NCBI GenBank assembly: GCA_951406725.2
Contig: OX597837.1
Location: 47,058,001-47,122,000, forward strand
Direction of reading: 5' to 3'
From: Octopus vulgaris
Lineage: Eukaryota
DNA length: 64,000 bases
Shown one piece after another: positions 14,157 to 25,417 of this stretch. The position numbers and the translations under genes were made by a program. Within the stretch, counting starts at the first letter, position 1. Each line of letters starts with the position of its first letter. The notes under the pieces were generated by a model. The model did no database searches and was not told the origin of the DNA. It saw nothing but the letters and a program-made list of their open reading frames with translations.

Positions 14157-15485
14157 CGCTTTACCAAGTGCCCGAGGTAGCTGGTACATTCACTGTGAAA
14201 AAATTAGAGTGTTTAGATAAAGCTCCACACTCCAGTAGCACCATTGAAAAAGACTGAAAAGCCAGAATGCGTTTGACGCCCTCACTGGTCGCTGTTGAGA
14301 GGAATTAATCACTAAAGCATGCACGATCACTTTCCCTCTAACACAGCAATACTAAATACTGTTATAACTGATTATATTTAGTTATAAATTTGAAGGCAGT
14401 GAGCTGGCAGAAACATTAGCATGCCGGGCGAAATGCGTAGCCATATTTCGTTGCCATTATGTTCTGAGTTCAAATTCCACCAAGGTCGACTTTGCCTTTC
14501 ATGCTTTCGGGGTCGATAAATTAAGTACCAGTTACGCACTGGGGTTGATGTAATTGACTTAATTGTCTGTCCTTGTTTGTCCCCTGTGTGTTTAGCCCCT
14601 TGTGGGTAGTAAAGAAATATATATTTAGTTATAAATAATCTAACTGCTAACTTTGTTTCCATTCTTTTCTCTTCAGCTTTACCAAAGTCTCTGGCAGATG
14701 TCTTGAAGAACCCAATCTATAACATATGCTTACTCTCCAATACAATTCTGCTTCTGATGGTTATGGGTTTCTTTGCTTTTGCAGCTAAATATCTGGAGAT
14801 AGTTTTTCTTCTCTCGCCTCTGAAAGCCAACATAACCATGTGTAAGTATTCACTTTCCAACCAGGTTTTCTGGAGGGTTTTTTTTTTCTTCTTTGCAACA
14901 AGTTGGCAGAATTGTTAGCATGCCAGACAAAATGCTTAGTGGCATATCGTCTGTTTTTACATTCTGAGTTCAAATACTGCTGAAGTCAAATTTGCTTTTC
15001 ATTCCTTCAGGGTCAATATAATAAGTACCAGTTGAGTACTGGGGTCGATGTAATCGACTATACCCCCCTCCTCCAAAATTTCAGGCCTTGTGCCTATAGT
15101 GGAAAAGAATGTTTTATTTTATTTTAACCCTTTAGCATTTAAAATGGCCATATCCGGCCAAAATATTCTGTTTTATGTTCAAACTGGCCAGATCCTGACT
15201 TTCACACCTGTCCTACAATGTCATTCTAAAGCTAAACAATCACATCATTGAAACCTTGAAGCTAAAAGATGATACGTGATTAATTTGAAACAATTTGAAT
15301 AAATAAGCTTTGCATCTGACCGAATCAGCTGAATGCTAAAGGGTTAATAAATGTGTGTGTGCCATTTGGAGGGAACTACCGATAGACATTTCTATTTCTG
15401 TTTTATTTCTACACTATTCATAAAGGCTCATGCACACCCACGCACCCATCCACCCACACACATGCACACACACTCACACATGTAC

Positions 15486-15518
<33 letters not shown>

Positions 15519-17853
15519 TGTCATCGTCATCATCTCATTGTCATCGTTGTCATTGTCAGCGCCGTCAACATTGTCATCATTGTTATCATCATTGTTGTCG
15601 TCATCACCGTTATTGTCATCGTCATCATTATTTTTTCATATTAACACGGTTTGTTCTTATTGACAGTTAATGCCCTCTTTCACATATCAGAGACCCCATC
15701 TTGTTCGTGTGTTCCTTTTGGGGCAAAGGGTCCTCGGGTGGGATCCCTTTTTATCACCGTACATGAATATATAAGGACAGAGGACCGAAAGCACGTGAAA
15801 TGAAAGTGCTGAACTGGTCATTGAAGAAATCAACCTTTAATGACCAGTTGGGATGAACATTCTAACACCTTTGATACTTGTCATCTTCCTCATTGTCTTT
15901 GTCGTCATCATCATCATCATCATCATCACCAGTGCCACCTCCAGCACCAGCCCCACCACAACCGTCACCTTCATTACTATTATCATTATTTTAATGTCCC
16001 TTTTCAATACATCTAGTTCACTTTATTACATTCCCATGTGTCACATCATCCATATTAAAGTCAATATGTTATTAATTAATTAATATAATTTTCAATTCTT
16101 CCAGGTGTGGTGTCTCTTATATCTTCGTCGATGGGGACACTGCTTGGAGGTACAATATCATCAAAGATGAGGCTGACTGTACCAAAACTGATAACATTGA
16201 AGTTGATCATTATGAGTGTTGTTCTGGCTGCTGATGTGATTAGTTTGTTCCTGGGATGTGACCAACCTGTCCTCAACAACCCTCCTGACAGGTGAGTTAT
16301 GTAAGTACTTCTCAGAGTAGGCACAGCACAAAAATTTCCTTAATTTCACAAAACTTTCTATTCTTTGAGGATAGAAAAGGAGGCAGACAAAATGCCCGAA
16401 TCTAATAAAGTTGATGAGGGGTGGAAAGCAGGAGACTGAATTGGTGGTACTGGAATTGCAGGTGTTGATACTTTAATACACCTGCTCCAGCATTCATCCT
16501 CAAAAAAAGAGAGGTTGGTCAAAAAAAAAATGAGCCATTTTTACTTTCTTTAATTCGATTTTTGTGCTTCTCTTTCATGTTTTATCTTTTACTTGTTTCA
16601 CTCATTAGACTGTGGCCATGCTGGGTCAATGCCCTGAAGAATTTAATGTCCGCTTTCCATGCTAGCATGGGTTGGATGATTTGACTGAGGGCTGGCGAAC
16701 CAGATGGCTGCACCAGATGGCTGCACCAGACTCCAATCTGATCTGGCATAGTTTCTACAGCTGGATGCCCTTCCTAACGCCAACCACTCCAAGGGTGTAG
16801 TGGGTGCTTTTACTTGCCATCGGCACGGGGCCAATCAGGCAGTACTGGCAATGACCTCACTTGAATCTTTTATACATGCCACTGGCACAGGTGCCAGTAA
16901 GGCGATGCTGGTAACGATCCTGCTCGAATGGTGTCTTTTACGTGCCACCGGCACGGAGGCCAGATAGCCGCTCGGGCAATGATCATGCTTGGATGGTGCT
17001 CTTAATACCCTACAAGCATGGGGCTACAACAGGGAATATTTTTAATCTGACCAGACTATAATTCAAAACGAAGGTTTTTACTTCCCTCATTAGGAAACTT
17101 TTGTATGCTAACGATTGCAATTTTGTCAAGAAAAAACAGGGTTGAAGGCAAAAATACAGGAAAAGGTGCAAAAACACTGAGTAAAACACGTGTATATATG
17201 CACATACTCGCATGCACACACACACACACACACAACTATATATGCACATACCCACACAAAAAGAATCCATATACACGTCTATATATGTACAGGGGAAAAA
17301 AGCAGAGTGGAAGGTAGAATACAGAAAAATTATGTGTAAATATATATAAGCAATAAACCTATAAACCAAATTCTCTATAAATATGTAAGAAATATATGTA
17401 TAAAAAATATAAATAAAAATATATAAGAAATATAAGTAAAAAGTATAAAGAGATAAAAAGCTTGTGTGTGGACACAATATAGAAAGCAAGTTCTATCTGT
17501 AGTCTCGGGGGATCAAAAACGTAACAAATATTTGGCCACATATAGGCATGGTCTGAAAAGTTCAGTTCTTGAATTCAGACATGTTACTTTTCCAGATGAG
17601 CCATCTTTCCATATCACATAGACCACACTTTCCACTGCCATTGGTGTAGGGCTTACACTTGGCTAAAATCTTCCAATGGATGTTGTAACTGACACCTTTA
17701 TCTTTTAGTGACCATATATGACTGAATAATTTGGTTGTTTTCCTTTTATCCCAGTGCCTAAAGCTGAAGGTATATTTCTTTTACAGATAAATTCTTCTAT
17801 TTACATAATATCGAGGTCTCTTTCATTCTTTTGTTATCTTACCATTTTTATCA

Positions 17854-17910
<57 letters not shown>

Positions 17911-18035
17911 TTAGGGCTTAGTAAAATAAATTACTTTGCCACATAATGTAATATTTTGAATTCGCCTTAAATGGTCCTTTTACATACTGAACACTTGGTG
18001 AAATTGATTAATTAATTAATTTTACCCTCAATTGT

Positions 18036-18094
<59 letters not shown>

Positions 18095-19437
18095 GTAGTT
18101 TCCATGACTTTTACAAGCTCTCCAAGACAGGTAATATGAATACTATAGGATTCCACTTGTACCATTTTATTTTTGTTTTTGCCATCAGTTCTGAATCAAA
18201 GGACTTGTTCAAGGTGTGTCACTGTGAACATAATAACTATTTCCCTGTATGTGGAAGTGATGGGGCCAACTATTTCTCCTCTTGTCATGCTGGCTGTAAA
18301 CAGTGGATAAATTCAGTGAGTAGCATCGTCTTTTATTTATTATGAATCATTTGTGTGTGTGTGTGTGTGTGTGTGTGATCAGATAAAATGCTTAAATAAT
18401 CTTGACTATTGATTCTGCCATGAAGGGAAGCCATTGGGCCAGCGAATTTCCAAGATATAGCCCCACCCCCAGATCATAACAGATACTCCTCCATGTTTAA
18501 CAGTTGGAAGAAAGCAGTCTGGGTCAGATACTTCTTTTGCCTGTCTCCACACGTATGTACGGCTGGTGATCAGAAATAAGGTAAAGGATAACTCATCCAA
18601 GAAAATAACATTCTTGCACTGCCCTAGGGACCAATTCTGTAGTTTTTACTCCACTCTAAACACTTTGCAACATTAGTTTTTGAAAGAAGTGGTTTTCTGA
18701 TTGCAGCCCTCCTGTGAAATCCAGCTTTGTGCAGCCCTCAGCGAACAATTTTGTGAAACAGGGTTCTCAAGGTGGTCATTAAGCTCTGCAGTAATTTTGG
18801 GAGCTGTACTTTTGAGAGTGATTTGGCTGCTGTTTCTTGCAAGTTGAATTGTTTTGTGGAGACTCATTTGCTGTTCTGCCTCTCACTCAGTAAATTACAA
18901 TTGTTTTGTCTTCGTTTCAGACATTTAGTTCCTGTTCTGCCATCAAGGGGGGGAAGGCAAAGACTGGAATCTGTGAAGACGGTTGTGGTAGCCTCTACAT
19001 GTTTATAACCATGTTCTTCGTTGCTGATCTGGTTATGACCATAGACATTGTACCTACATACTTAATAATGATCAGGTAAGTGAAACCAGCAGTTACACAC
19101 ACACACACACACGCATACACACACACCATAAAGCAAGCTTCATATTTAATTATACATATACATATTTATTGCCAAACTAACGTGGCAGCCCAGGACGAAT
19201 GCTGTTGTTGATTGGCTCTGAGAAGCGATCACCTGTAACTAGATGTATGATGCACAAATCTGTGACCATAAACCTTTGAACAGGGGAGGTCATCAACTTC
19301 CCCTTGCTGGTTTGGCATCCACAGACTGGTTTCAGGGTAGTTGCCCCTTATCAATGTGGAGCAGCCAAGTCCAGCAGGGGTCGCTGTTGACTGTCTGTTC
19401 AAAGGTTTTTCGTGCACTTCCTTCACTCCTCTCACTG

Positions 19438-19512
<75 letters not shown>

Positions 19513-19642
19513 ATAATAAATATTAGGGAATAAATCCAAATTTACAGGGAAAAATCAGATTTAGGATTGAATCCAATTTTATAATAAAATCTTAAGTCTT
19601 TCTTTGTTTGATTTGCATAATAGTGGTTTTTTCTCTAATTTA

Positions 19643-19701
<59 letters not shown>

Positions 19702-22592
19702 TCACTGACTTTCAAACATTTCTATTTATATATATAATAATCAAAATAGACAAATAATTTGCGATATCATTATTATTATTATTGAAAGCTTCATCACAGA
19801 GGGCAACAGTAAAGCTATGTATATGCTATATATAAGTGGCCTATGGTTGCTCTGTATTACTGAAAAATGTAAGCATCTGTAATTATCTCTAAATATGTAA
19901 AAGAAAAGATATTGAATTTTTTTTTCTTAACCCTTTAGCATTTAAACTGACCATGTCCAGCCAAAGAATTCTTCCTGTTTTTCCTTCAAACTCGTTAGAT
20001 CTGACCTCTCACACTGACCCTACAATATTATTCTAAAAATAAACAATCACATCATTGAAATCTACAAGATAATGCATAATTAATTCAAATCATTGTGAAT
20101 AAATTAGCATAATATTTATCAGAGAAATCTGAATGCCAAAGGGTTAAAGATTACCAATTCTGCCTCTCATTCTTCGTCATCTTTTGGATGAATAATGTTT
20201 GCAATAATATTTTCCAGAACACAGTATGAAAAAAACAAAGCCGTTGCCATGGGATTTGGATCTTTTGTTCTGTCAGCATTTGGTATGTTAACTTACAATA
20301 TCTTGCAAATTTTATTCCATAGATTCAAGTTCTTTACAGCAGAGTAGGTTCTGGTTTTGAAAGGTCTTCTTTCAAATTCCACAGAAGATAACTTCTGTTT
20401 TCATCCCTCCTGACTAAATTCTAGACTTGAAGCAATTCAAGACTCTGTGACAGTCTCTGACAAAAATGGTCTGGAATCTAGTTAGCTTTTTATCTTTTCA
20501 CTTTTTTACTTGTTTCAGCCATTAGATTGTGGCCATGCTGGGGCACCATCTTGAGGAGTTTTAGTTGAACTAACCAAACCCAGGACTTATTTTCTCTTTA
20601 AGCCTGCTACTTGTTCTATTGTGAAAACACCGGTTGTCAGGCGGTGGTGGGTGACAAACACAAACACTAACACATATACATGGATCATCATCGTCATCAT
20701 CATCATTTAACGTCCGCTTTCCATGCTAGCATGGGTTGGACGATTTGACTGAGGACTGGTGAACCAGATGGCTGCACCAGGCTCCAATCTTGATCTGGCT
20801 GAGTTTCTACAGTTGGATGCCCTTCCTAATGCCAACCACTCTGAGAGTGTAGTGGGTGCTTTTACGTGCCATCAGCACAAGTGCCAGTCAGGCGGTACTG
20901 GCAATGGCTACAAAAAAAAATGTTTTTTTTTTCATGTGTCACCTGCAGACTGGCACAAGTGCCAGTAAGGCGACTCTGGTAACAATCACGCTCGAATGGT
21001 GCTTTTTACGTGCCACCGGCACGAACACCACTTAGCTGCTCTGGAAACAATCACGCTTGGATGGTGTTCTTAGCGCTCCACTAACACGGATGCCAGTCAT
21101 CGAATTTGATTTCAATTTTGATTTCACTTGCCTCAACAGGTCTTCGCAAGCAGAGTTTAGTGTCCAATGAAGGAAAGGTACGCATAAGTGGGCTGGTTAC
21201 ACCCATGGAATAGGCCATGGGTTATGGTTCCACTGGGCTTGCCAAGTCTTCCCAAGCACAGAATATTTCCAAAAGTCTCGGTCACTAGTCATTTCCTCGG
21301 TGAGGCCTAATGTTCAAAGGTTGTGCTTCACCACCTCATCCCAGGTCTTCCTGGGTCTACCTCTTCCACAGGTTCCCTCAACCGCTAGGGTGTGGCACTT
21401 TTTCACACAGCTATCCTCATCCATTCTCGCCACATCACCATACCAGTGCAGTCATCTCTCTTACACACCACATCTGATGCTTTTTAGGTCCAACTTTTCT
21501 CTCAAGGTACTTACACTCTGTCGAGTATGCACACTGACATTACACATCCATCGGAGCATACTAGCTTTATTCCTCATGAGCTTATGCATGTTCTCAGCAG
21601 TCACGGCCCATGTTTCACTGCCATTTAGCATGGCTGTTCGTACACATGCGTCATACAGTCTACCTTTTACTCTGAGCGAGAGGCCCTTTGTCACCAGCAG
21701 AGGTAAGAGCTCTCTGAACTTTGCCCAGGCTATTCTTATTCTTGCAGCTACACTTTCAGTGCACCCACCCCTGCTATTGACTTGGTCACCTAGGTATCGG
21801 AAGCTATCAACTACTTCTAGTTTTTCTCCCTGGAATGTGGCGGAAGTTGTTCTCTGCACATTTTCAGTGTTTATTGCTCCTGAGCATCTGCCACATACAA
21901 AAACTATCCTCCCAGTTAGCCTTCCTTTGATATTGCTGCACCTCTTATGTGTCCATAGCTTACACTGGGTACATCTTATAGAGTTTCTATTATGCCCTTT
22001 CTACAGAACGAGCAGGGCCATCTACATGAAGGGATTTGTGGTTTGCCTGCCCTCCTACTTATTAGGACTTTGGTTTTAGCTAGGTTGACTCTAAGGCCCT
22101 TCGATTCTATTCCTTGTTTCCACACCTGAAACTTTTCCTCCAGTTCTGATAGTGACTCAGCAATTAGAGCAAGGTCATCACAGTTCCTGTGAACCATCCT
22201 ACCCATGCATGCATGGAGGATGAACGTTAAACAATGATGATGATGTTGATGATGATGTTGATGATGATATGTGTATGTGTGTGTGTAATTTCTTGTTATT
22301 CCTTCTATTTTCAGGATTCCTTCCAGCTCCAGCCTTGTTTGGTCAACTTGTAGACACAGCCTGTTCCATATGGGAGTATAACTGTGGACAAAAGGGATCA
22401 TGTCAACTGTATGACATATCAAAGCTCAAGCGATTGGTGTTTCTGCCATTGGTGGGTGGACGGCTTTTATCCATTGCCTTGATTCTGGTAGCTTTCTGTC
22501 TGGCAAGGAAACGGCAACAACCCGGAGACGTCTTAAGAGAGAAAATTGCAGAAGCCATAGCAAGCAGGAACTTAGAAACAACAAGTTTATGA
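4294..22592 (+). CDS. SLCO: Organic anion transporting polypeptide (OATP/SLCO family), 5'-partial, 8 coding exons: 4294-4380, 13901-14107, 14677-14841, 16105-16291, 18189-18315, 18921-19075, 20218-20282, 22315-22592
   Basis: All introns GT-AG with consistent phases. Joined peptide has the OATP signature DPRWIGAWWIGF, the Kazal-like loop CHC...PVCGSDGANYFSSCHAGC, PAPALFGQLVDTACSIW and CGQKGSCQLYD. Subfamily cannot be assigned by eye. Confidence 0.95.
4535..4853 (+). mobile_element. Second tRNA-derived SINE family
   Basis: TGGCTCAGTGG A box, GAGTTTGATTCC B box, GTCCTTGAGCAAGACACTT core; homologous copy at 10995-11300, related heads at about 31057-31330, 37400-37680(-) and 39350-39560. Confidence 0.75.
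4990..5440 (-). mobile_element. Rearranged mariner remnant, same family as 1-250
   Basis: 5266-5365 is nearly identical to 1-100; DFMTRLITMDxW resembles the first catalytic Asp motif; 5118-5187 is repeated at 5368-5437. Confidence 0.7.
6917..7510 (-). mobile_element. Mariner (DD34D) transposase remnant, 3' part
   Basis: LHPRKVLLSVGWD, HQDNAWPH, HPPYSLDIAPSDYHLF motifs with stop/frameshift; ends in (TA)n. Confidence 0.9.
7993..8806 (-). mobile_element. Non-autonomous Helitron-like element in (TA)n
   Basis: A|CTAG plus degenerate GC hairpin at the left end; right end TTTCATCAAAATCG...ACAGACAGAATTTCC..ATATGTAGTATA typical of such elements. Confidence 0.6.
8806..9545. repeat. Compound (TA)/(CA)/(TG)/(CT) microsatellite region
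   Basis: Direct inspection. Confidence 0.9.
9860..10880. repeat. (TAG)n/(GGT)n array, CT-rich tract and (CAC)n tract
   Basis: Direct inspection. Confidence 0.95.
10995..11300 (+). mobile_element. SINE, same family as 4535-4853
   Basis: Colinear similarity over about 300 bp. Confidence 0.75.
11711..11942 (-). mobile_element. tRNA-headed SINE with Nin/Deu-like central domain
   Basis: Reverse complement of GGCGAGCTGGCAGAA...GAGTTCAAATTC.GCCGAGGTC.ACTTTGCCTTTCATCCTTTCGGGGTCGATAAA..AGT. Confidence 0.8.
13176..13498 (-). mobile_element. RTE 3'-tail repeat
   Basis: Same consensus as the tail of 20685-22182. Confidence 0.85.
13901..14107 (+). CDS. SLCO: SLCO exon with OATP signature (DHGTDSNDPRWIGAWWIGFL...KAKLK)
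   Basis: polypyrimidine tract + cag acceptor, G|gtattg donor, D-x-RW-I-GAWW-x-G-F superfamily signature. Confidence 0.95.
14394..14620 (+). mobile_element. Nin/Deu-like SINE
   Basis: Full-length copy of the same consensus; another at about 14900-15105. Confidence 0.8.
14677..14841 (+). CDS. SLCO: SLCO exon (ALPKSLADVLKNPIY...AKYLEIVFLLSPLKANITM)
   Basis: cttcag acceptor, T|gtaagt donor, LKNP and KYLE motifs typical of OATP TM7 region. Confidence 0.93.
15128..15343. mobile_element. piggyBac-like MITE
   Basis: TTAA|CCCTTTAGCATT...AATGCTAAAGGG|TTAA: TIRs and TTAA TSD. Confidence 0.9.
16105..16291 (+). CDS. SLCO: SLCO exon (CVVSLISSSMGTLLGG...FLGCDQPVLNNPPD)
   Basis: ttccag acceptor, AG|gtgagt donor, GxxLGG helix motif and LGC. 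Confidence 0.93.
16641..17018 (-). mobile_element. RTE 3'-tail repeat
   Basis: Same consensus; small internal duplication CCAGATGGCTGCA. Confidence 0.85.
18189..18315 (+). CDS. SLCO: SLCO exon, Kazal-like domain (CHCEHNNYFPVCGSDGANYFSSCHAGC)
   Basis: catcag acceptor, TCA|gtgagt donor, PVCGSDG-x-x-Y-x-S-x-C-x-AGC motif. Confidence 0.95.
18378..18870 (-). mobile_element. Tc1-like transposase remnant in SLCO intron
   Basis: TAPKITAELNDHLENPVS and PTVKHGGVSVMIWG motifs, frameshifted. Confidence 0.85.
18921..19075 (+). CDS. SLCO: SLCO exon (TFSSCSAIKGGKAKTGICEDGCGSLYMF...YLIMIR)
   Basis: tttcag acceptor, AG|gtaagt donor, open phase 0-2 frame with GxC-xxx-C then a TM helix; missed by ORF track. 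Confidence 0.9.
19931..20143. mobile_element. piggyBac-like MITE, second copy
   Basis: TTAA|CCCTTTAGCATT...AATGCCAAAGGG|TTAA; internal similarity to 15128-15343. Confidence 0.9.
20218..20282 (+). CDS. SLCO: SLCO 65-nt exon (RTQYEKNKAVAMGFGSFVLSAFG)
   Basis: ttccag acceptor, G|gtatgt donor, phase 2-1 bridges the neighbouring exons; matches the OATP R-x-x-x-x-x-K-x-x-A-x-G motif. Confidence 0.9.
20685..22182 (-). mobile_element. 5'-truncated RTE-clade LINE (RT C-terminal half + 3'UTR + (GAT)n tail)
   Basis: DDLAL, GLRVNLAKTKV, FRYLG, RIRIAWAKFREL, YDACVRTAMLNGSETW; continues directly into the (CAT)n-CGTTTAACGTCCGC repeat seen throughout the window. Confidence 0.93.
22315..22592 (+). CDS. SLCO: SLCO last coding exon (GFLPAPALFGQLVDTACSIWEYNCGQKGSCQLYD...NLETTSL*)
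   Basis: tttcag acceptor, conserved OATP C-terminal motifs, TGA at 22590-22592. Confidence 0.95.
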
Positions 22593-22609
22593 CAAAAATT
22601 ATAAATCAT

Positions 22610-22611
<2 letters not shown>

Positions 22612-22644
<33 letters not shown>

Positions 22645-22781
22645 TACAGGCAAATATATGCATGTGTGTGTGTATATATATATACACACACACACATATA
22701 TATATATGTGTGTATATGTATATATATGTATGTATATATAATATATATATATATGTGTGTGTGTGTTTGTGTGTATATGTA

Positions 22782-22814
<33 letters not shown>

Positions 22815-22970
22815 GTATTTGTATATATATATATATGTATATATCATCATAATCATCATCATCATCATTATCATCATCAATATCATCATCGTCATCCTCA
22901 TCGTCATCCTCACCATCACCATCCTCCTCCTCCTCACCATCATCATCCTCATCACCATCTTCACCATCAT
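22612..22970. repeat. (TAA)n, (TA/TG)n and (CAT)n microsatellites right after the SLCO stop
   Basis: Direct inspection. Confidence 0.92.
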
Positions 22971-23105
22971 TCTGTAATGTCTATCTTCCAAGTTGGTATG
23001 CATGGGGTTGGACAGTTTGACCAGAGTTGATAGGCAGAAGAACTGCACCAGGTTCCAGTCTGACTTGGCTTGGTTCCAACTGCTAGATGCCCTTCCTAAC
23101 ACCAA

Positions 23106-23150
<45 letters not shown>

Positions 23151-23152
<2 letters not shown>

Positions 23153-23506
23153 TAATTATAGCTAAGGAAAATGAAATGAACAAATGCTTTTATTTCATTG
23201 ATTTACAATTGTCTCCTTGAAAATGATTTCATGAGTATTACTATATTTTTATGCAATAAAATATGCAACCATTAATACATGAGATGTCACAGACACAAGA
23301 TCAATTCTTCAGAATCATGCATAAAAATTATCTGCAAATAACTTTTATGCACGATTCTGAAGAACTGATCGTCACTTCAGGTATTAATGGTTGCATATAT
23401 TGTTGCATAACATGGCAACACTCACAAGATAAATTTTCAGCAAAACAATTGTAAATCAATGAAATAAAAGGACATGTCCACTCCATTCTCCTCTGTTATA
23501 ATTGTA
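23151..23506. repeat. About 350-bp imperfect palindrome (foldback/MITE-like) downstream of the SLCO stop
   Basis: Arms reverse-complement around a 6-nt loop at 23332-23337, e.g. GATCAATTCTTCAGAATCATGCATAAAA vs TTTTATGCACGATTCTGAAGAACTGATC. Confidence 0.85.
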
Positions 23507-23860
23507 GAAACTCTGCAGTGTTTAGTGGATTTTTCAGGCTTTGGATTACCATCTGTCTGTTGTCTGATAGCCTGGACCCATGGATGAGCTTAACAGGGTA
23601 AACTTCAGGGTTAACATCCAAATGAAATTATATACACCTTCTCCTTGATTTACAACCTATGCGATTCATGACCTTTCACACTTACAACCACAAAAAATAG
23701 AGAAGATATTATCCATTTTTCTCATTATGTACAAAAATAATGGATTAAATTTTTGTTTTATATTTTTATAACCCATTCGAATGAAAATAATGTTGAAAAA
23801 TATAAATCCGACATAAACCCAGATTGACTTACAACCAGTCAGTTATAAGTTGAGGAGAAA

Positions 23861-23912
<52 letters not shown>

Positions 23913-24454
23913 GGCGGTGCATCAGCATGGCCGCAGCTCTGAGCTGAAACTCGAAAAAAAGAGAAAAAAAAAAAGATATATATATATATATATATTCACA
24001 CACACAATATACAAAAACAGAAAAGCAAATCAGCAAGGGAGCCCCTATACAGTCTGATTATTTGCTAGAAACAACACTTACATGTGCATCAAACTAAACC
24101 CTACCATCCAGAAAAGGACTCATTATATGTGTTCAAAGACAGACCAAGATTCCCTCAGCAAATTGGCAAAAATATTGAATAAACATAATTGGAATATCTT
24201 TAATCATAATTCTACAGAATCAAGGCCATCAAAGAACTAAACATTAACAGCAACAACACACGGAACATATATTAACTTCCAGTACTTTAAAACAACAGAA
24301 AAACGCAAAAATAAAACAGAAAACACTGCACGTACCCTTCACCCCCCCCCCCCCACATTCAGTTTTGCCAATTAGCATCTTGTCTTGTGTTCTAATGATT
24401 CTGTCAGTTTGCCTCCTTAATAATAATAGTTCCAAACTTTGGTACTCAGCCAAT

Positions 24455-25090
24455 AATTTCAGGGTGGTGGGTAAGTCGATGACATCAACCTCAGTGTTCC
24501 ACTGGTATTTATTTTATTGGCTTCAAAAGTATGAAGGGCTAAGTCTACCTCAGCAGAATTTGAACTCAGAACATAAGTTCAGACGAAATTCCACAAAGCA
24601 TTTTGCCTGGTGTGTTAACAATTCTGCCAGCTCACTGCTTTTGCTTTCTTGATGATAATAATAATAATAATAATAACTGTAACAAATATTAGCCTAAATA
24701 TTTGTGAGGAAGGAGTTTCTTTCATTAAAACAACCCCAGCATTTGACAGGTGCTTTCATTTGTTGAATCTGAAAGGATGACAAATTTCACTTTGGAGGGA
24801 TTTCAATTTAAAAAGTAAAGAACCAGAAGCCATACTGCACTTCACTGATTCTGTCAATCCACCACCCTAAAAAGGAAAGCATAGGTTCAAGGTCTGAAAT
24901 TTCCAGTGGATAGACAAGCTGATTACATCAACCCAGTTCTTGACTGGAGTTTAATGTTATCAGTGCCAAAAAAAAAAAAAAAAAAAAAGAATGAAAGGCC
25001 AAGTTGACCTTTGCAGGAATTGAACTCGGAACATAAAGAGCAGGAACAAATATTTCGAAGCATTTAGTTCAATAATTCTGTCAATCCACT
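24455..25090 (-). mobile_element. Three consecutive degenerate Nin/Deu-like SINEs
   Basis: Repeated ACATCAACC.CAG....GACTGG...GATGAAAGGC.AAGT..ACCT...AGAATTTGAACTC.GAAC blocks. Confidence 0.6.
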
Positions 25091-25171
25091 ATTTTCTTTC
25101 ATTTGTCAGAAGGGCAATGTTTGAGGGGGAATTACCAAAATATAAGGGGTGCACATAGAATCAATTATTAA

Positions 25172-25417
25172 AGTGGTCATTGCCAGTGCCACCTGACTGG
25201 CTTCCGTGCCAGTGGCATGTAAGAGGCACCATTCGAGCAGGATCGTTACCAGCATCGCCTACTGGCACTTGTGCCGTTGGCACGTGTAAAAAGATTCGAG
25301 CGAGGTCTTTGCCAGTACTGCCTGACTGGCCCCCGTGCCAGTGGCACGTAAAAGCACCCACTACACTCTCGGAGTGGTTGGCATTAGGAAGGGCATCCAG
25401 CTGTAGAAACTCTACCA
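25172..25417 (+). mobile_element. RTE 3'-tail repeat (tail missing)
   Basis: Same consensus. Confidence 0.8.

Noticed and set aside
21300-22079. 259-aa plus-strand ORF
   Set aside because: Antisense to the RTE RT remnant; no recognisable domain.
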